Part shown: positions 58,288 to 59,226 of the stretch, one piece after another
Numbering within the stretch: the stretch's first letter is position 1
Layout of the letters: the number at the start of each line of letters is the position of its first letter
NCBI GenBank assembly: GCA_017471805.1
Contig: JAFURS010000044.1
Location: 1 to 59,226 of the forward strand
Reading direction: 5' to 3'
DNA length: 59,226 bases
Origin: Alphaproteobacteria bacterium
GTDB lineage: Bacteria; Pseudomonadota; Alphaproteobacteria; Rs-D84
The notes under the pieces: generated by a model
Seen by the model: only the letters and a program-made list of their open reading frames with translations
Told to the model about the DNA's origin: nothing
Database searches by the model: none
Program-made: the position numbers and the translations under genes

Positions 58288-58812
58288 GTGTTTTTGATGT
58301 CTGGTCAAATCGATTTAAGTAAGTATGCTTTGTTTCGTGATTTTACAGATGATGCAAAAGGTGGTTGCAAGATAAACGTTTATACAGCAGAGCATATCGT
58401 GGCAGGTATTGTTAAAAACGTGCGTGATGTTGCGGATTATTTGGAACGCTTTTCAGGTGCATATAAAATAGAACTGGTAAAAACCACAGAAAAGCAGACA
58501 ATCAAAAAAAATGTTTTTGAAACAATTCAAAAACAACTAACTCAACAATACTGGATTGCAGATAAAATTGAATATACCGAAACTGCCAATGGTAAAAAAG
58601 TTGTAATTATGAAAGGTAAGCGGTATATTCAAAGCAAGAATGTTATAAAGAGTAATCAAGCACCAACAAATCTTTTGATTCCTGGTGATGATTATCTTCA
58701 TACTCTGTCTGATAATGACGTTGTTTTAGACAGAAATTTAAAGCAGATTTATCCGGAAAATACGGGTAAAATCCCAATGGTGTTATCCAGAATAATACGT
58801 AAAACACGATAA
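58288..58812 (+). CDS. Hypothetical protein (174 aa)
   Basis: The ORF follows directly after metG, and the start is probably the ATG at 58297. It shares a roughly 40-aa motif with the next small ORF. Confidence 0.45.
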   Translation: MFLMSGQIDLSKYALFRDFTDDAKGGCKINVYTAEHIVAGIVKNVRDVADYLERFSGAYKIELVKTTEKQTIKKNVFETIQKQLTQQYWIADKIEYTETANGKKVVIMKGKRYIQSKNVIKSNQAPTNLLIPGDDYLHTLSDNDVVLDRNLKQIYPENTGKIPMVLSRIIRKTR

Positions 58813-58853
58813 TACCTAGCGGAATGTATGGTAAAAAGTAAAAGGAAAAGTAG

Positions 58854-59051
58854 ATGGAAAATAGATTTGATAAAAAAAATATTGGAACACGTGAAGTTTG
58901 GACATTGCGTTTGCACGGTAAAAAATTTATGGCAGAAGCCGAAATCAAAAACGTAGATGATATTGTAAATATCTTGGCGTCTATGAACGATATTTATAAA
59001 ATCGAAGTATTTCGCATAAAAGAAAACTATAACATCATAACAAATCTGTAA
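58854..59051 (+). CDS. Hypothetical small protein (65 aa)
   Basis: An AGGAAAAG RBS region precedes the ATG. The motif KNVDDIVNILASMNDIYKIEVFRIKE parallels KNVRDVADYLERFSGAYKIELVKTTE in the upstream ORF. Confidence 0.4.
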   Translation: MENRFDKKNIGTREVWTLRLHGKKFMAEAEIKNVDDIVNILASMNDIYKIEVFRIKENYNIITNL

Positions 59052-59226
59052 ACAAAAGTTATGGAACAATAAACATTACCATTGTTGGTCGCATACGAAA
59101 TTTCAAATGTTCGCAAAATACAAAAGTCGGCCGGAAAAGCCAAACTTGAACCAGAAGTGACAGAAAGAAATATTAACAATCCTGCAATCCAAACAGGGAC
59201 GCATACACAGTATTCTGTGGCACTAA

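Overview
This is a moderately AT-rich, compact bacterial chromosome segment. It is most likely alphaproteobacterial: it carries sigma-32 RpoH, an alpha-type SspB, a DUF4167-like protein, parAB-rsmG and lptD-surA. I call about 55 protein genes and 3 tRNAs, and I see no rRNA, CRISPR array, IS element or integrase. Most genes are housekeeping: rluD, dnaX, an lptF/G-family permease, lptD, surA-like, rlmN, rpoH, bamB-like, recF, sspB, rsmE, rpsO, truB, mutS, xseB, parAB, rsmG, gpsA, der, mreB, rnpA, yidD, accBC and metG. Short A-tract/stem/T-tract hairpins separate them and look like bidirectional intrinsic terminators. Pieces of a type IV pilus / type IVb (R64 thin-pilus-like) apparatus are scattered among these genes. 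(1) A tightly packed operon at 4132-9039 encodes three very large prepilin-like proteins, followed by a Zn-ribbon membrane protein and a small secreted protein. (2) A small pilin gene is translationally coupled to the dnaX stop codon and is followed by an OmpA-type lipoprotein (11168-12310). (3) A translationally coupled PilO-PilP-ATPase-platform module at 23042-27705 has no secretin, prepilin or peptidase gene next to it. (4) An orphan VirD4/TraG-type coupling protein lies at 32154-34409. Other notable points are a 976-aa Cys-repeat secreted protein and a mutS gene interrupted by one in-frame TAG. There is also a tRNA-Val whose 3' end is duplicated 160 bp downstream inside a tRNA-like remnant, and two promoter-plus-terminator-bounded structured RNAs of unknown class. 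A near-consensus parS palindrome lies upstream of parA, and tRNA-Val(TAC) has an A19:U56 covariation. All functional calls rest on motifs I recognise in the supplied translations; no database search was run.
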